A DNA stretch of 64,000 bases from positions 732,673-796,672 of the forward strand of contig OZ025661.1 in the NCBI GenBank assembly GCA_964019335.1, read 5' to 3'. Shown one piece after another: positions 1 through 11,717 of this stretch (the first letter of the stretch is position 1; every line of letters begins with the position of its first letter). Source of the DNA: Diplonema japonicum. Its lineage: Eukaryota > Protista > Euglenozoa: Diplonemea. Position numbers and translations under genes: made by a program. Under the pieces are notes generated by a model that was not told the origin of the DNA, searched no databases, and saw only the letters and a list, made by a program, of their open reading frames with translations.

Positions 1-1
1 T

Positions 2-979
2 TTGCTGGGTGTTGTAAAACACTTCAGGGAGTTGGAGCGAAACGGTGAAGAATTACCGCACAGCGGACCCGTTCCAGAATGGGGCTCGAAGGGGTATCTA
101 TGGGAAAAACCGGACCAGTTTTCCAGCCCGTCGGAGAAAATCAAACACAGTACAAAACACTTATCACAAGGAAGCGTGCGGAAATCACAGTCTGTTGTAA
201 ACTACTCGAGCTCGTTCCACACCAAACCGGGTTTTTTGAGGCTCGGTCCGCCCAGGGTATGGGGAGAAGAACGAGAATTCTCCATATCCGGCGTGGGTTC
301 CTTGGGGATGGAACTTGACAAATACCTCAGAATTATCAGCGTGGCCGCCGGTTCGAGAGCAGCGAGGTCGGGTGTTCCCAAAGGCGGTTTTTTAGTTTCC
401 GTTGATCGCGAGTATCATGACAGCTATTCTGGTGTAATGGAGAAGGTACGGAGTATTTCACGAAGTTGTACTCCGTGCATACTCACAGTGGAGATGCCCT
501 ATGTGTTGGTGCCACCGCCGGAAACTGCTGAATACCGTGTTGCGCCTGGAAAGCTTGGTATAGAATTAGACGGGCACTTGAAAATTTTGAATGTTGAGAA
601 GGATTCTGAGGCGGAGAAGTCGGCCGTGCCTGTGGGAGGGCTTCTTCGTGGTGTTGATGATATTGACACCCGCCCCTTGGAGCTGCAGGATGTTCTGTCC
701 ATCTTCGAAAAATTGGAGGGCAGGGAGTGTGTTTTGCTGATCGGAAACCCTGTCGAAAACAGTTGCAATTTTACGCCTGGGGATCTCGGGATGCGCCTTT
801 CTGACTGGCTTCAGGTCATCGAGGTGAAGAGGCAGAGCGCGGCAGAGAAGGCTGGGGTATGTGTCGACGATGTAGTGAGAAGGGTGAACGGGGAGCTTGT
901 CCTGAGCAGGCAGGAGGCCGAGGAGAGGATTAGAACTCTGAACAACGGGAAGAGACCATTCTTCATTACTGTCGTGTGA
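2..979 (+). CDS. 5'-partial PDZ-repeat protein, paralog of the gene at 5996
   Basis: Three PDZ-like repeats (GSLGMELD.., GKLGIELD.., GDLGMRLS..VIEV....AAEKAGV..DDVVRRVNG). N-terminal HFRELERNGEELP matches YFRKLARNGEELE of the next gene. Open at the window edge. Confidence 0.8.
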   Translation: MLGVVKHFRELERNGEELPHSGPVPEWGSKGYLWEKPDQFSSPSEKIKHSTKHLSQGSVRKSQSVVNYSSSFHTKPGFLRLGPPRVWGEEREFSISGVGSLGMELDKYLRIISVAAGSRAARSGVPKGGFLVSVDREYHDSYSGVMEKVRSISRSCTPCILTVEMPYVLVPPPETAEYRVAPGKLGIELDGHLKILNVEKDSEAEKSAVPVGGLLRGVDDIDTRPLELQDVLSIFEKLEGRECVLLIGNPVENSCNFTPGDLGMRLSDWLQVIEVKRQSAAEKAGVCVDDVVRRVNGELVLSRQEAEERIRTLNNGKRPFFITVV

Positions 980-1003
980 CACCCCCCTTTTTTTTATTTA
1001 ATT

Positions 1004-1430
1004 CTGAGCAGCTTTCTTAAAGAAATTTAGGCTAGAAGAAATAAAATTTTAGGTACTTTACTTCACGCCCGGTCATTTTCTAGCAAAATGGGCGGGAAAA
1101 CCGACGGTGGCGGGATGGAAGACACGCTTCCAACGGCAAGCAAAATGGCCCACAGGAAGGAGTAGGAGAGGTTTTGCCCCTACCACTCGCTCTGGACGAG
1201 CTATAGTAGGCTCAATGGAGTGATGAACCCTGTACCCAGTACCGTGTTCATGTAAGTAAAGACTCGCAACAAGCAGGCAGCAGCGAAGCCACACTCAGCA
1301 CCCAAATTCTTTGCGAGAGCAGCTCATCATTAAATAAAATGTAGTATTGAATAAAAATCAGAGCATGATTTCACTTGTGGGGTCCCCTTTTTGCACTCGC
1401 CTATCTGATTTTTATTTAATAAATAGCTAA
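1004..1430 (+). mobile_element. Non-autonomous Crypton-like (tyrosine recombinase element) derivative
   Basis: Left end TGAGCAGCTTTCTTAAAGAAATTTAGGCTAGAAG and internal CTTCCAACGGCAAGCAAAATGGCCCACA both recur near 21580-21810. Right end GATTTCACTTGTGG...AATAAATAGCTA resembles 8650-8785. Confidence 0.5.
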
Positions 1431-1731
1431 AATTACCCTATATTCACCTCTTTTTTCATCAGTGTTCTTTTTTGGGAGGGGGGGTTTTTTTTTGACCACA
1501 CCCAGGACGAAAAAAAAAATAATAATAACTGACCAAGTGGTCAATTATTATTCTACTCGTCCTTGGGTCACCTGCACTAGAATAAAATTATCAAAAATAT
1601 AAAAAAAATTAAAAAGTAATCTAAGACTTTGAAAAAAAAAAAAAGAAGAAGAAAAAGAAAGTGGGTGGTGTGCCTTTAAATGGCCCCCGATCTTCTTATC
1701 CTCCATGAGCAAGCACCCCCATGCCTTCTTA

Positions 1732-1762
<31 letters not shown>

Positions 1763-2077
1763 TCTTCATATTTTTTTTTTATTATTATTCCTAAAACAGA
1801 AAAAAAAAGAGTAAAAAGAAGAAAGAAAAAAAAAAGAAAAAAAAGAGGGGGAGAGATTACAAAATAAAAAGAAATACAATATTACACTAACTTACAAGCA
1901 TGGTCAAAAAAAAGAAAATTCTGGGAAGAGAAAAAAGAAAAAAAGCAATGCGTTAATTAGTTGTACCTGGAAGCGATTCCCTTTCTTATGATTTAGATGA
2001 CTGATTTACACCCCTGGTACTTCCTTTTTTCTTTTCTTTTCTTTTTTCTTTTGCTTTGAAACAAACAAAAACAAAAA

Positions 2078-2165
2078 CCAAATTCCAACGAAGGCCCCGC
2101 AAACTAATGTGGTTTCACTTATGGCTACATCTGTCTGCTGGCTTGCTTTGGAACCTCTAGGTTTT
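2078..2165. repeat. ~90-bp dispersed repeat, copy 1
   Basis: CCAAATTCCAACGAAGGCCCCGCAAACTAATGTGGTTTCACTTATGGCTACATCTGTCTGC is nearly identical to 5287-5375. Confidence 0.8.
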
Positions 2166-2279
2166 CGGTTTTTTTTATTTTCTTTTTTATTTATTTATTT
2201 TTATTTTATTTCCCTCCCCTGTCATTTCCTTTGAGAGCCCCGGAACTTTATTTATTTCCTCATGTTTTCTTTAGAACTT

Positions 2280-2600
2280 TACAATGGGGCGCAAGGCGAA
2301 GTGGCATGTCTTCCGTTCAAAGAACAACGCAGGGCTGCTTGTCCAGTGCAAGAATGAGAGCCTGTTGCCCAGCCTATAGGCAAGACAACATTTTACCAGC
2401 TAGGTATTTATCTTGCACAAAAGTTAGGCCTCAGCAATGCTGAGGTTTATGCGTCATACGCGTTTCCTCGAAGCTTTGCTACTGAGGGTTCGGCCTCAGG
2501 TGCGACGGCCTCACAGCTTGCTACTCATTTAAGGTGGCAAAGCGATGGCATGGCGAGTCGGTATCGAGCAGCCCACAAGCTCTGAACGATATGACTTTAA
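2280..2600 (+). pseudogene. Tyrosine recombinase C-terminal relic (Crypton-like)
   Basis: Frame from 2370 reads QPIGKTTFYQLGIYLAQKLGLSNAEVYASYAFPRSFATEGSASGATASQLATHLRWQSDGMASRY, a degenerate HxxR...H/W...Y box II with the catalytic Tyr at 2562. Confidence 0.7.
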
Positions 2601-3110
2601 GCAAGGAGTGGAAGTTACTCAGCCACAAGTACAGGTTACTCAACCACAAATAGCCCAAGTACCCGAAGTTCGTGTTTACATAATTATCAACAAGAGCAAT
2701 TGATGATTGATATTTCCCGCAAAATTGTTTCTTATTCTCTTCAGCCTTCACAAATCTCCAGGTAATTCAGCTATTCGGGAAAAGTACTCTCCAACCTGCT
2801 GCGACACTAGTAGGAGCCATTGAAGGGTGCCTCTCGCCTGAAGAGGACAGCACCTGGAGGAGTCGCAAGATATCTGAAACTGAGAGATACCTAGTACTGA
2901 CCATACTGATTATACCCCTTCCCTTTTTAGGGCGGCTTCCGTCTCAGGGAGCTTGTATGTTGATTTGAATTTTATTTGCCTTCAGCCTTACAAATCTCCA
3001 GGTAGAAATGTACTGCCAGTTGTCGTCGGGAAATAAAAAAAAAAAAAAAAAAAATATTGGATTGTTAAAGCAAAGTGAACTTTATTTATTCAAAAATCAA
3101 TAGTTATTAT

Positions 3111-4893
3111 CCCCTAAACGCCCGCGCGGACGTTTTTGTCCTTATTTCAAAATTTGCTTTTTCGCTAAGTACTTTTTTTTGAACACGGCCCCTGGACTTC
3201 AAAATATGGCATTGTTGCGCGGTTTATTTTGTCTTGGAACTACATTTTGCGTTAAAAGTTTTGTTTTAATTGAAACCGGCAGGGTTGGCTTAAAATGAAA
3301 TCAGATGGTCAAAATAGCAGCGAAAACGTGAGTCTCCCCCGACTGGTCAGAAAAAGAAGAAAAAGACGATGAGGCGGTCAAAGAGGGGCCGGAAACGATG
3401 TTTGGGTGGGAGAAATACTCCCAAAGGCCCGAAACATATCATTTCCGTAAAAAGGTGGGCTTAGGACACCTCTAGGTGAAGCGGCCAATGAGGAGGGTGT
3501 TTTTAATCTTTTTTTTTACACACGCGGTACTTGAGCTCATAGTTTCTTCCACGAACGGTCGTTTCGGTTCAAAAAAACAGCGGAATCTGAATCTTTCCAT
3601 CCCAGAGTACAAAATTTGGCTTGGGTTGGTCCTGTTAATGGGTTTACGCTCGGCACCGAACATGAAGAGCTACTGGACAACAAAGTCTAATTTAACCATC
3701 CCGGCTCTTGAGAAAATGAGCAAACCGATTCGTTGACATACAGCGCTACCTCACCTTTGACAACCTGGAAAGCATTTGGAAGGCCTGAAACTGCACCTCA
3801 TGCGCAGGTTTCTTGACATCATTGTCAACCGGTGTAGGACTGTGCGGACCCCTGGCAAGTGGTTGTCTGTTGACGACAGTGTTATCCCGACAACAATAAA
3901 AGTCATGGCACCACGAAAAAGCAACTCGGTGGGCATCAAGGTAATCGCTACATGCGACTCATAAAACTGTTACCTGGCGAATTTCAACATTTTCAGCAAG
4001 AAGTCCACAACACAGGACCTAGTCATGCGTACTGTCGACTCCTAAGGGTTTGCTGTCGACCCCTGACCTGCAAGACCAGCTCCAGGGGGGACTGGAGTTC
4101 GGCATATGAAAACCCGGAAGTGGACCATGGTCGTTTTTTATTGGGTCCTGGAAAGCTGTGTTGCCAACCCCTCCATAATCTGGAAGAAGAGCAGGGAATG
4201 TGGCAAAAATTATGGCTTCCCGAGCTTCAAAGAAGAACTTGTTGGCAAGCTTCTCACCCATGCCCCAAAAACCGATAGCACACACCCCCCGACAACACCG
4301 TCACCGACCCCCAAGCGCAAACACGCTAGCAATGAGGATTCCCTCACTCAGAAATACCCAAAACGTCTCGATTTGACCCTAAATCACACCTCCGAGACCC
4401 TGATGAACGGAACGAAGGTGAGGAGGGTGCTCTATGCTGTTCCTGGGTACGGGAAGAAGGTGCAAACGTGGTGCCCCTGTTGCAAAACCCCCTTATGCAA
4501 AACGTGTTTTTTACCCTTGCATGCTACCCCAGCTGGAAAAAAAACTCACAAGTTGCTTTTTTCATCCCACAGCCCCAAAAAGTCTCCAGACTCAATCCTA
4601 GAGTTCAGGGCACCAAATAGGGCTGAATGCTGCCCTATTTACCCCAGCCATAACTCCACGGACCCCCTACGACAAGACCCCCCAAAATCGGACATAAAAA
4701 GTACACCTTCAATCCCCCTCTTACACACATAGTTAAGTGTTCTCATCTGAATCTGGCACCTGGAATTGAAAATTTTAGTACCGTTTACCCTTTCCTTGCA
4801 CCTTCCTATGGTTGCATGCTGCCCTTTTTTTGAGTATTTAAAGCAACAACGAAAATGGGGGGGTACCGTAGATAGGCTCCGGGCGTTTAGGGG
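3111..4893 (+). mobile_element. Decayed piggyBac DNA transposon with TTAT target duplication
   Basis: Perfect 14-bp TIR CCCCTAAACGCCCG / CGGGCGTTTAGGGG flanked by TTAT on both sides. Frameshifted transposase pieces WLSVDDSVIP, GIKVIATCDS and the C-terminal CPCCKTPLCKTCFLPLH. Confidence 0.88.
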
Positions 4894-4921
4894 TTATTTA
4901 TTTCAATTTATTTTTTGCTTC

Positions 4922-4973
<52 letters not shown>

Positions 4974-4974
4974 T

Positions 4975-5096
4975 TACAAATATTTATCTTTCAAAAAATG
5001 ATTTTATAACTTTATGCAAAGCAAAAAACTTTCGCAGCTTTTTAAAAATCTTTTTTGCTCGTGTGAACAACAAAGACATATAGTCATAAAGAATTA
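4975..5096 (-). repeat. ~120-bp poly(A)-tailed retroposon-like repeat, copy 1
   Basis: Nearly identical to 10097-10220. Both are preceded by a long T-run on + (a poly(A) tail on -). Confidence 0.65.
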
Positions 5097-5220
5097 TTAT
5101 TTTTTTTTAAACAAGGAACACTTCTTGTGTAAGACTTTTTTTTTTTTCTTTCTTTTTAGGCGGGCCGTTGCTAACTTCGTTCCTATCATAGTGAATTTTT
5201 TTTTTCCCAAAACAAACAAA

Positions 5221-5286
<66 letters not shown>

Positions 5287-5287
<1 letters not shown>

Positions 5288-5375
5288 CAAATTCCAGCGA
5301 AGGCCCCCGCAAACTAATGTGGTTCCACTTATGGCTATATCTGTCTGCAGGCTGCTTGGAACTTTCCTAGGTTTT
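5287..5375. repeat. ~90-bp dispersed repeat, copy 2
   Basis: Matches 2078-2165. Confidence 0.8.
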
Positions 5376-5995
5376 TAGGTTTTTTTGTTGTTATAAAAAA
5401 TAGGCCTTGTCGGTGGCGCTCGACAAGGGCTTAGTAAAGCGAGGAGCGAAATGAACACGAGCAAAGACATCTAGTCATAAATAATATTTTTTTTTTGTTT
5501 CAATTTATTCTTTTTTTCTTTTTGGGGACCCATTCTACTACGTCTTGCTACTACAACCTAAGCCTAAGACGTAGGAAAGAAAGCTATGAAAGAAAAGAAA
5601 GAACACGGGAAGAAAGGCGCTTTAAAAAAAAAAAATCTTTTTCTTTTTTCTCTTATTACTTTTTTCACGCGAGCCGAACCATTTTTTTTTTTTTTTTTTT
5701 CCCTGGACAAGACCGGCAAGAAAAAAAAAAGAAAACACAAAAATTGAACCGCTGGCGTGCCCAGTCTGTGCGATGACAACTTCTTTCTGTTGACCTTTCA
5801 CGAGAAAGCCATCGCGTTCAATCGTCACAACACCAATCTTTCCCCCCTCCCCGCATTTTTTCCCCTCCCCCCTCCTCTGTTTCTCGCAAAAAAAAAAAAA
5901 AAAAAAAAAAAAAAACAGGTCCCCCCTTGGGGGGGTGCGTGGGGGGGTGGAGAGAGAAAGAAACCAAAAAAAAAAATAAAAATAAAAATAAAGAA

Positions 5996-7498
5996 ATGAA
6001 CGCACCCTCAAAGATATCCGTGCCGAGCCAGTTTCAAAGCAGGTTCAAGGATCTCAAGGATGTTTACGTCTGGCGGTTGGTGGACAAGGTCACGACGGAT
6101 GACACCAAGGAGGAGAAGGTTTTCGTGGTCTCTGACAAACACTTGTTTCTCTTCAACACGGAAGGGGTGATGAGCAGGCTGGCAAGGTTGTCGGACATCG
6201 AACTAGCTGCAAGGAACCACAGCGAAAACAGCGAGACGATATGCATAAAATTCTTTAAAGAACTCGCCGAACCGAGTTTAATGTTGGTCCTCAAAAGCGA
6301 CACGAGGAACCAAGGAAAGTCACAGGACCCCCTTGTCGTCATCAACTACTTCAGAAAACTCGCGAGAAACGGCGAGGAGCTCGAAGTCCGCATGCTATCA
6401 GACAACAAAAAACCCGACGAGTTCAGGCCATGGACGAAACCACCGTCGTACCACCCGCCCATCGACAAGCTGAACAAGAAACGAGAATACCTCTTCAAAG
6501 GCTCTGTAAGACCACCACAAGCCCCACGGGCACCAAACACATATCAACCGGGAGATTATGTACAACTAGCCAGACTAACAGGCGAACATGAAGAGTTCAA
6601 CGGAATGGCGGGCATTGTTTCAGAATACGACGATAAAGCCGAGAAATACAAAGTCGCCTTCCCGTACCCAGTGAACATGCAAGCAATGGACACCCGAAAT
6701 CTAGACAAACACCACTACGCCGTGGACCCGAACAGTGTTGCAAAAGAATTTCTCGTCCAACCCGGGGAACTGGGCCTTGCATTCTCAGAAGACCTGGTCA
6801 TTACCGAAGTCGAACCGGGGAAACCAGGCGCAGCCGCTGGCATCCCGCTCGGGCGGAAAATCGTCGCGATAAACCACAAGTACGTTAAAACGATCCCGGT
6901 GGTCACGGAGGCTCATCAACAAGCGAAACATCTACCTTACATTGTAACGGTGTCAGGGGAAGCGGATTTCGAAGATGAGGAGTATGGAGAAGGAGATGGA
7001 GAGGGTCATATACAACAGTTGGAAGAACAGTTGTACGCGACACGGCTGTCGTTGGAGGATGTTCATAAAAAGTTGAGAGAGACGCAGGAGGAACGGGATC
7101 GTGCGATGGAGACTGCACGTCAGACGCAGATGATGTCCCCGCCGCATGTGAGCAGGGCGCCACCGCCGCCACGGCAAAAAACGGTTGTTCGACGGCAGCA
7201 GCCGTTGGAAGAGCACCTTGGTTCGCTTTTGCTTGACCACATTTCTTCTAGGAGAAGGAGGCCTTCTTACAGTAGCAGCCCGCCGCCTTCCTCGTCGCAC
7301 CACTCGCACAGGACGCGGCTCGGTCCTTACCGCACACCCGCCGGAAGCGGGCGGACGAACCCGGTCCGGTCAACTGACCCATTGGTCTCCGCGATTATTC
7401 ATTCCACCAGGCATGGTGGTGACCCGCATTTATTCACCACCCCCAGGAGGATACGGTCGCGGGCAGGTGATTTGGACAGTTTGTCGGCCATTCTTTAG
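5996..7498 (+). CDS. PH-like + SH3/KOW-like + PDZ + coiled-coil protein
   Basis: ATG at 5996 follows an A-rich leader. PH-like N-terminus (EEKVFVVSDKHLFLFN), YQPGDYVQLARL..FNGMAGIV, PDZ (GELGLAFSEDLVITEVEPGKPGAAAGIPLGRKIVAIN), coiled coil and Ser/Arg-rich tail. Confidence 0.8.
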   Translation: MNAPSKISVPSQFQSRFKDLKDVYVWRLVDKVTTDDTKEEKVFVVSDKHLFLFNTEGVMSRLARLSDIELAARNHSENSETICIKFFKELAEPSLMLVLKSDTRNQGKSQDPLVVINYFRKLARNGEELEVRMLSDNKKPDEFRPWTKPPSYHPPIDKLNKKREYLFKGSVRPPQAPRAPNTYQPGDYVQLARLTGEHEEFNGMAGIVSEYDDKAEKYKVAFPYPVNMQAMDTRNLDKHHYAVDPNSVAKEFLVQPGELGLAFSEDLVITEVEPGKPGAAAGIPLGRKIVAINHKYVKTIPVVTEAHQQAKHLPYIVTVSGEADFEDEEYGEGDGEGHIQQLEEQLYATRLSLEDVHKKLRETQEERDRAMETARQTQMMSPPHVSRAPPPPRQKTVVRRQQPLEEHLGSLLLDHISSRRRRPSYSSSPPPSSSHHSHRTRLGPYRTPAGSGRTNPVRSTDPLVSAIIHSTRHGGDPHLFTTPRRIRSRAGDLDSLSAIL

Positions 7499-7924
7499 TA
7501 AGGGATGGGAGAAGGAAAAAAATATTGATTGAAATTTTGTCTTATCTCCGGCTGAAAAAAAAAAAGAAAGAAGCTTTTTTTTTTCACGATGTTCATTTTT
7601 TTCTCCCCCGTATTTTTTTTTTTGTTCTTGGAATTGCACATTTTGCACCCTAAGAAACTTTAAAAAAAAGAAGGGGGGGGGGGGGAAAGGGATGGGAAAG
7701 CTTGTCAGTCATTTCCCCTTATATCCTTTATTGTGTTCTCCCCCCTTTTTTTTGGGCGATGGGAGGAGAAAAGGGAAATACGTTTTCTTTTCTTTTTTCT
7801 CTCTCCCCCCCCCCCCCCGTTGTGTTTCAAAAGAAAGAAAAAAAGAAAAGAAAAGGAGAAAGGAAGGAAAGAATCAATCTGTCTTTCTTTCTTTTTATTT
7901 TTTTATTTACCTCCACCAAAATTT

Positions 7925-8785
7925 TCATGGGTGGGAGTGAAAATAAAAATTCACTTTATTTCACTCCTGACTTTATTTTCACGCTCCGGCTTCTAAAAGA
8001 AATTAGGCCCAGGAGTGAAAAAATTCTGATAGCGTTAAAATAAGAAATATTGTTTCACTCCTGGGCCTAATTTAAGCAAAACCCTCCAAAAATTCCTACC
8101 AAGGTTCCTTTAGGATGGGCAAGAACCCGACTGCACAGGAGGCAGACGCAGCAGAGTTCACCCCCTTCCAAGAGTCATACGAAAAGGAGTGGGCACGCTT
8201 TTGTGTGTTTCATAATTATAGGAAGGAAAAGAAGGGCCCGTCCGAAAGAAGAGGATTCTATTCTCTATTTCAGCGACATAAACAAGCAAGGCCTGCTGCC
8301 AGTTCAGTCCGGACGGTCCCTTATTCAAGGCTAAACTCGGTTGTGAAGAGGAATTACAACAAGCAGTTGCACGACCACCCCCGACTAAAGGTCCCCCTCA
8401 AGAGGTTCCAAGAAGGCAAGTCAACAAAAAAGGCGAACATCTTTGCCCAAGAGCAAATAACAGAATTCTTTAGCACCGAGGTATGGCATCGTCCGCCACG
8501 CTTATGCAGCGTTGATGTTCGCAGGAAACATGTGCACTACCGAGGCACATATCCGACACCTGTTGTAATTGGTACCACCTGTACCTCCCACCCACTCAAA
8601 TTTTGCTGTCGTTAAATAAAATATCGTATTTGTGAATATAAGATTGATGATTTCACTTGTGGTGGCAGTTTTGACTCGTTAAACGTTATAACACTCGCTT
8701 CGCTCGTGATATAACCGTCACTCGTCAAAACCACTGCCACCACGCGTGAAATCATAGGATCTTATATTCACTAAATAAATAGTTA
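7925..8785 (+). mobile_element. Internally deleted Crypton-like element with N-terminal tyrosine-recombinase relic (ORF 8115-8615)
   Basis: YEKEWARFCVF...YSRLNSVVKR...HPRLKVPLKRFQEGKSTKKANIF..EQITEFF resembles the N-terminal/core-binding part of eukaryotic YR elements. Palindromic ends are shared with 55770, 56147-56795 and 59820-60172. Confidence 0.6.
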
Positions 8786-8882
8786 TTTTTTATTTCTTCT
8801 TCGTCTTTCTTTCCTTCATTTCTTGCAAAAAAAAAAAAAAAAAAAAAAAAGAAAAGAAAAATACAATTTTTTTTATTTTTAA

Positions 8883-9083
8883 CCTGATACACACGGCGGA
8901 CGTCCAATTTTGCAATTTTGATCCTGGGTGGAGTAAAAACGGGCAACAACGTGCAACCAGAGCAAAGTATGTATAACAGGAAGAATTTAAATTCACATTA
9001 AAAGGTGTGGAAGAGAGATGGCAGTATTTGCAATTCAAAAAATTTTCAAACGACAATTTTATTGCGCTTCCGTGCGCATCAGG
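8883..9083. mobile_element. piggyBac-like MITE
   Basis: TTAA-CCTGATACACACGG ... CCGTGCGCATCAGG-TTAA (12/14 inverted match, TTAA TSD). Confidence 0.7.
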
Positions 9084-9957
9084 TTAAATACTAGCAGGTG
9101 CAAAGGGTGCCCCCCCCCAAAAAAAGTTTTATGACAGAAAAGAATTCAACCTTTGCACGAAAGTACAAATCTAGCATGGCTGCACAACTTTTATACAGAA
9201 AAGGGGAAGAAGAAGAAAAGCCTCCCCCCAATTAATCTCTTCACGGCACGAAGTACAAAATCTAGATATCCTCTTTTGCACAAAAAAGAAAAATAAATTT
9301 TTAAGAAGCGGAGGCAGCTTTTTGTACTATATCTCGAGTCAAAAGATGCAATATTGGGAGGGGGGGGAGGGATCCATTTTTTTCTAAAAGATTTATTATT
9401 TCCTCCGGATGGGGCTCGTCTCCCCTCTCGTCCCTTCTTTTTTTCTAAAAAGATAAAAGAGGGGGGTGAAGAAAAAAAAGAAAAAAAAAGATCTTTCTTG
9501 TTATTGGGAGTTTTTTTTTCTTTTCTCAAGTCCCATGTGCGTTGGGAGCGGGCGATGAAATATGGCAGGGAAAGGAGAATAATATATTCCCCCCCCTTTT
9601 TTTTTCTCCCTCCCCTCCTATTTATTTTTGGTTTTCCCCCCATGTGGAATTTTTCAGGTGCGCTTACAGTGTTCAAGCATGCCCCCCCTCCCCCTTTTTT
9701 TTCTCGTTAGGGAGGTCCATGTTTAAGGGGAAAAAAAGTAATAGAAGGTTGGGTATTGGGTTACGAGTGGTGGGGTTATTTTTTTTTTTTTTTTTTTTTT
9801 GTTTGTTGTTTCTCTTTTTTTTTCTTTTTTTTTCTCCCTATTATTCCCAATAGAAAACAACGCTGTCGAGACATGCGGAGGGGCATAAAAATAAGAAAGT
9901 AAGAAATAGTAGTACCCCCCCGCTTGTCACCCGTTGTGGTAGCTTAGTTTCAGTTTG

Positions 9958-9993
<36 letters not shown>

Positions 9994-10061
9994 AAAAGAG
10001 GTTAATTTTTTTTTGGCACAGGTCCTAGCAAAATGTCAATGGATGATGCCCGTCCCCTCCC

Positions 10062-10096
<35 letters not shown>

Positions 10097-10105
<9 letters not shown>

Positions 10106-10220
10106 TTTATCTTTCAAAAAATGATTTTATAACTATATGCAACTTGTGCCGAGCAAAAAACTTTCGCAGCTTTTTAAAAATCCTTTTGCGAACAACAAAG
10201 ACATATAGTCATAAAGAATT
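10097..10220 (-). repeat. ~120-bp poly(A)-tailed retroposon-like repeat, copy 2
   Basis: Matches 4975-5096. Confidence 0.65.
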
Positions 10221-10236
10221 TTTTTTTTTTTCTCTT

Positions 10237-11007
10237 GGGTAGAGTCCTAACTCGACCCCTAAGTTTCTGAAATGCTCAAATTCCGCCCCCTAGGTTTCCA
10301 AAATGCTCAAAGTCCACCCCCTAAGTCTTCAAAACGCTCAAATCCCGCCCCCTAAGTTTCCAAAGTGCTCAAAGTCCGCCCCCTCAGGTTTTCAAATGCC
10401 CTAACTAGGCCCCTACGGTGGGAAACCGCTCAAAGTCAACCCCCTAGTTTTCAAAATGATCAAAAAACCCCCCCTTAGTTTCATGAATAACCCGATTGGG
10501 TCCCCTATGTTTCATTAATGCTCAACAAGGTTGTGCGCATGCATGTTCCTTAACAATAGGCAACTTGAAAGGAAAAGAAAAAGACAGCCTGGGTAACCAA
10601 GGCTACTTCTTAGAGGGCTGCGTCGAAGGTGTCTTCCTGTGTAAAAGATTACAGCTCTGCTTTGTGGCGTCAACGATGAACGTCCCTCTGAGGTCGACTT
10701 GGTGCTTCCCGTCACCTAAGTGCAAGACCTAGGAAACTAAGGGGTCCGGATGTGAACATTTTGAAAACCAAGGGGGTCTACTTTGAGCATTTATGAAACT
10801 AAGGGGACTGAATTCACGCATTTTAAAACTTAGGGGTCGAGTATGAGTTTTTTTGAAGACTTGGGGTACTACACAGAGATTTAAGAAACCTTGGGGACCG
10901 GATCAGAAACTTTTTCCTCCTTAAAGAGAGACCTTGAACATTTCTCAAACTAAGGGGGTGGATTTTGAGCATTTCTCAAACTTAGGGGTCAAGTTAGAAG
11001 TTTTCTC
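10237..11007. mobile_element. Mutator/Foldback-like non-autonomous element with modular TIRs
   Basis: Left arm is ~31-bp tandem units (CCCCTAAGTTTC..AAATGCTCAAA) and the right arm carries the inverse units. Possible 9-bp TSD TTTTCTCTT at 10228-10236 and 11008-11016. Confidence 0.75.
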
Positions 11008-11684
11008 TTTTCTCTTTTTTTTTTTCTTTTTTGTAACTAAGGTAACTTTTTTTTTTTTTGTTTGTTTGTTTTGCTGGCTGGGCATTGTACCGCTAGGAGG
11101 AGGGGGGGTTTTTTTTTTCTGTCTTTTTACAAACCAACTGCTCCCTTATCATAGTGGTTTTCTTCTGTTTCTTTGTAAGAGGAAGGTTACCTGTTTTCCT
11201 GTTATTTTTCATTTTTTTCTTCTTTTTTTTTGGTTCTCGGTTTCTTTATCCCCCCCCCCCCCCCATTCTTTTTTCTTCTTTCCTGCAATCAGACCGTCAA
11301 TTCTAATCTTGTTTTTTTTTTTTTTTTCTTTTTTTTTTCTCTTGTCTTCTTCTTTCTTTCTTTTTTTTCTTTTCTTTTCATCCCCCTCTCCCCTGTTCTC
11401 AGAAGACTGCAAGGAACAGAGATAATATGGAAAAAAAAAAAGGAAAAGAAAAAGAAGAAAAAAAAACGAGGGGTGTCAGGGATCCCTATCGCCGCCTTTC
11501 TTTTTTTTCCTTCTCTTTTGATAACACCCCTCATCATAGTGATTTTAAAGCGGTTCCCACTCCCGTTTCCTTAATGTATAGCCACTTTTTTTCTTTTTTC
11601 TTTTTTTTCTCTTCCCCAAACAAATAAGAAAAAAAAGGAGAGGGGAAGAAAAGAAAAGAGAAAAAAAATCTGTTGTAAAAGAAG

Positions 11685-11716
<32 letters not shown>

Positions 11717-11717
11717 A

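Noticed and set aside
10237-11007. ~31-bp periodic repeats resembling a CRISPR array
   Set aside because: No unique spacers, the units are arranged as inverted arms, there are no cas genes and the context is eukaryotic. This fits a foldback/Mutator element.
4766-11700. Many poly-Phe/poly-Lys short ORFs here and in other intergenic regions
   Set aside because: They are translations of homopolymer A/T tracts.
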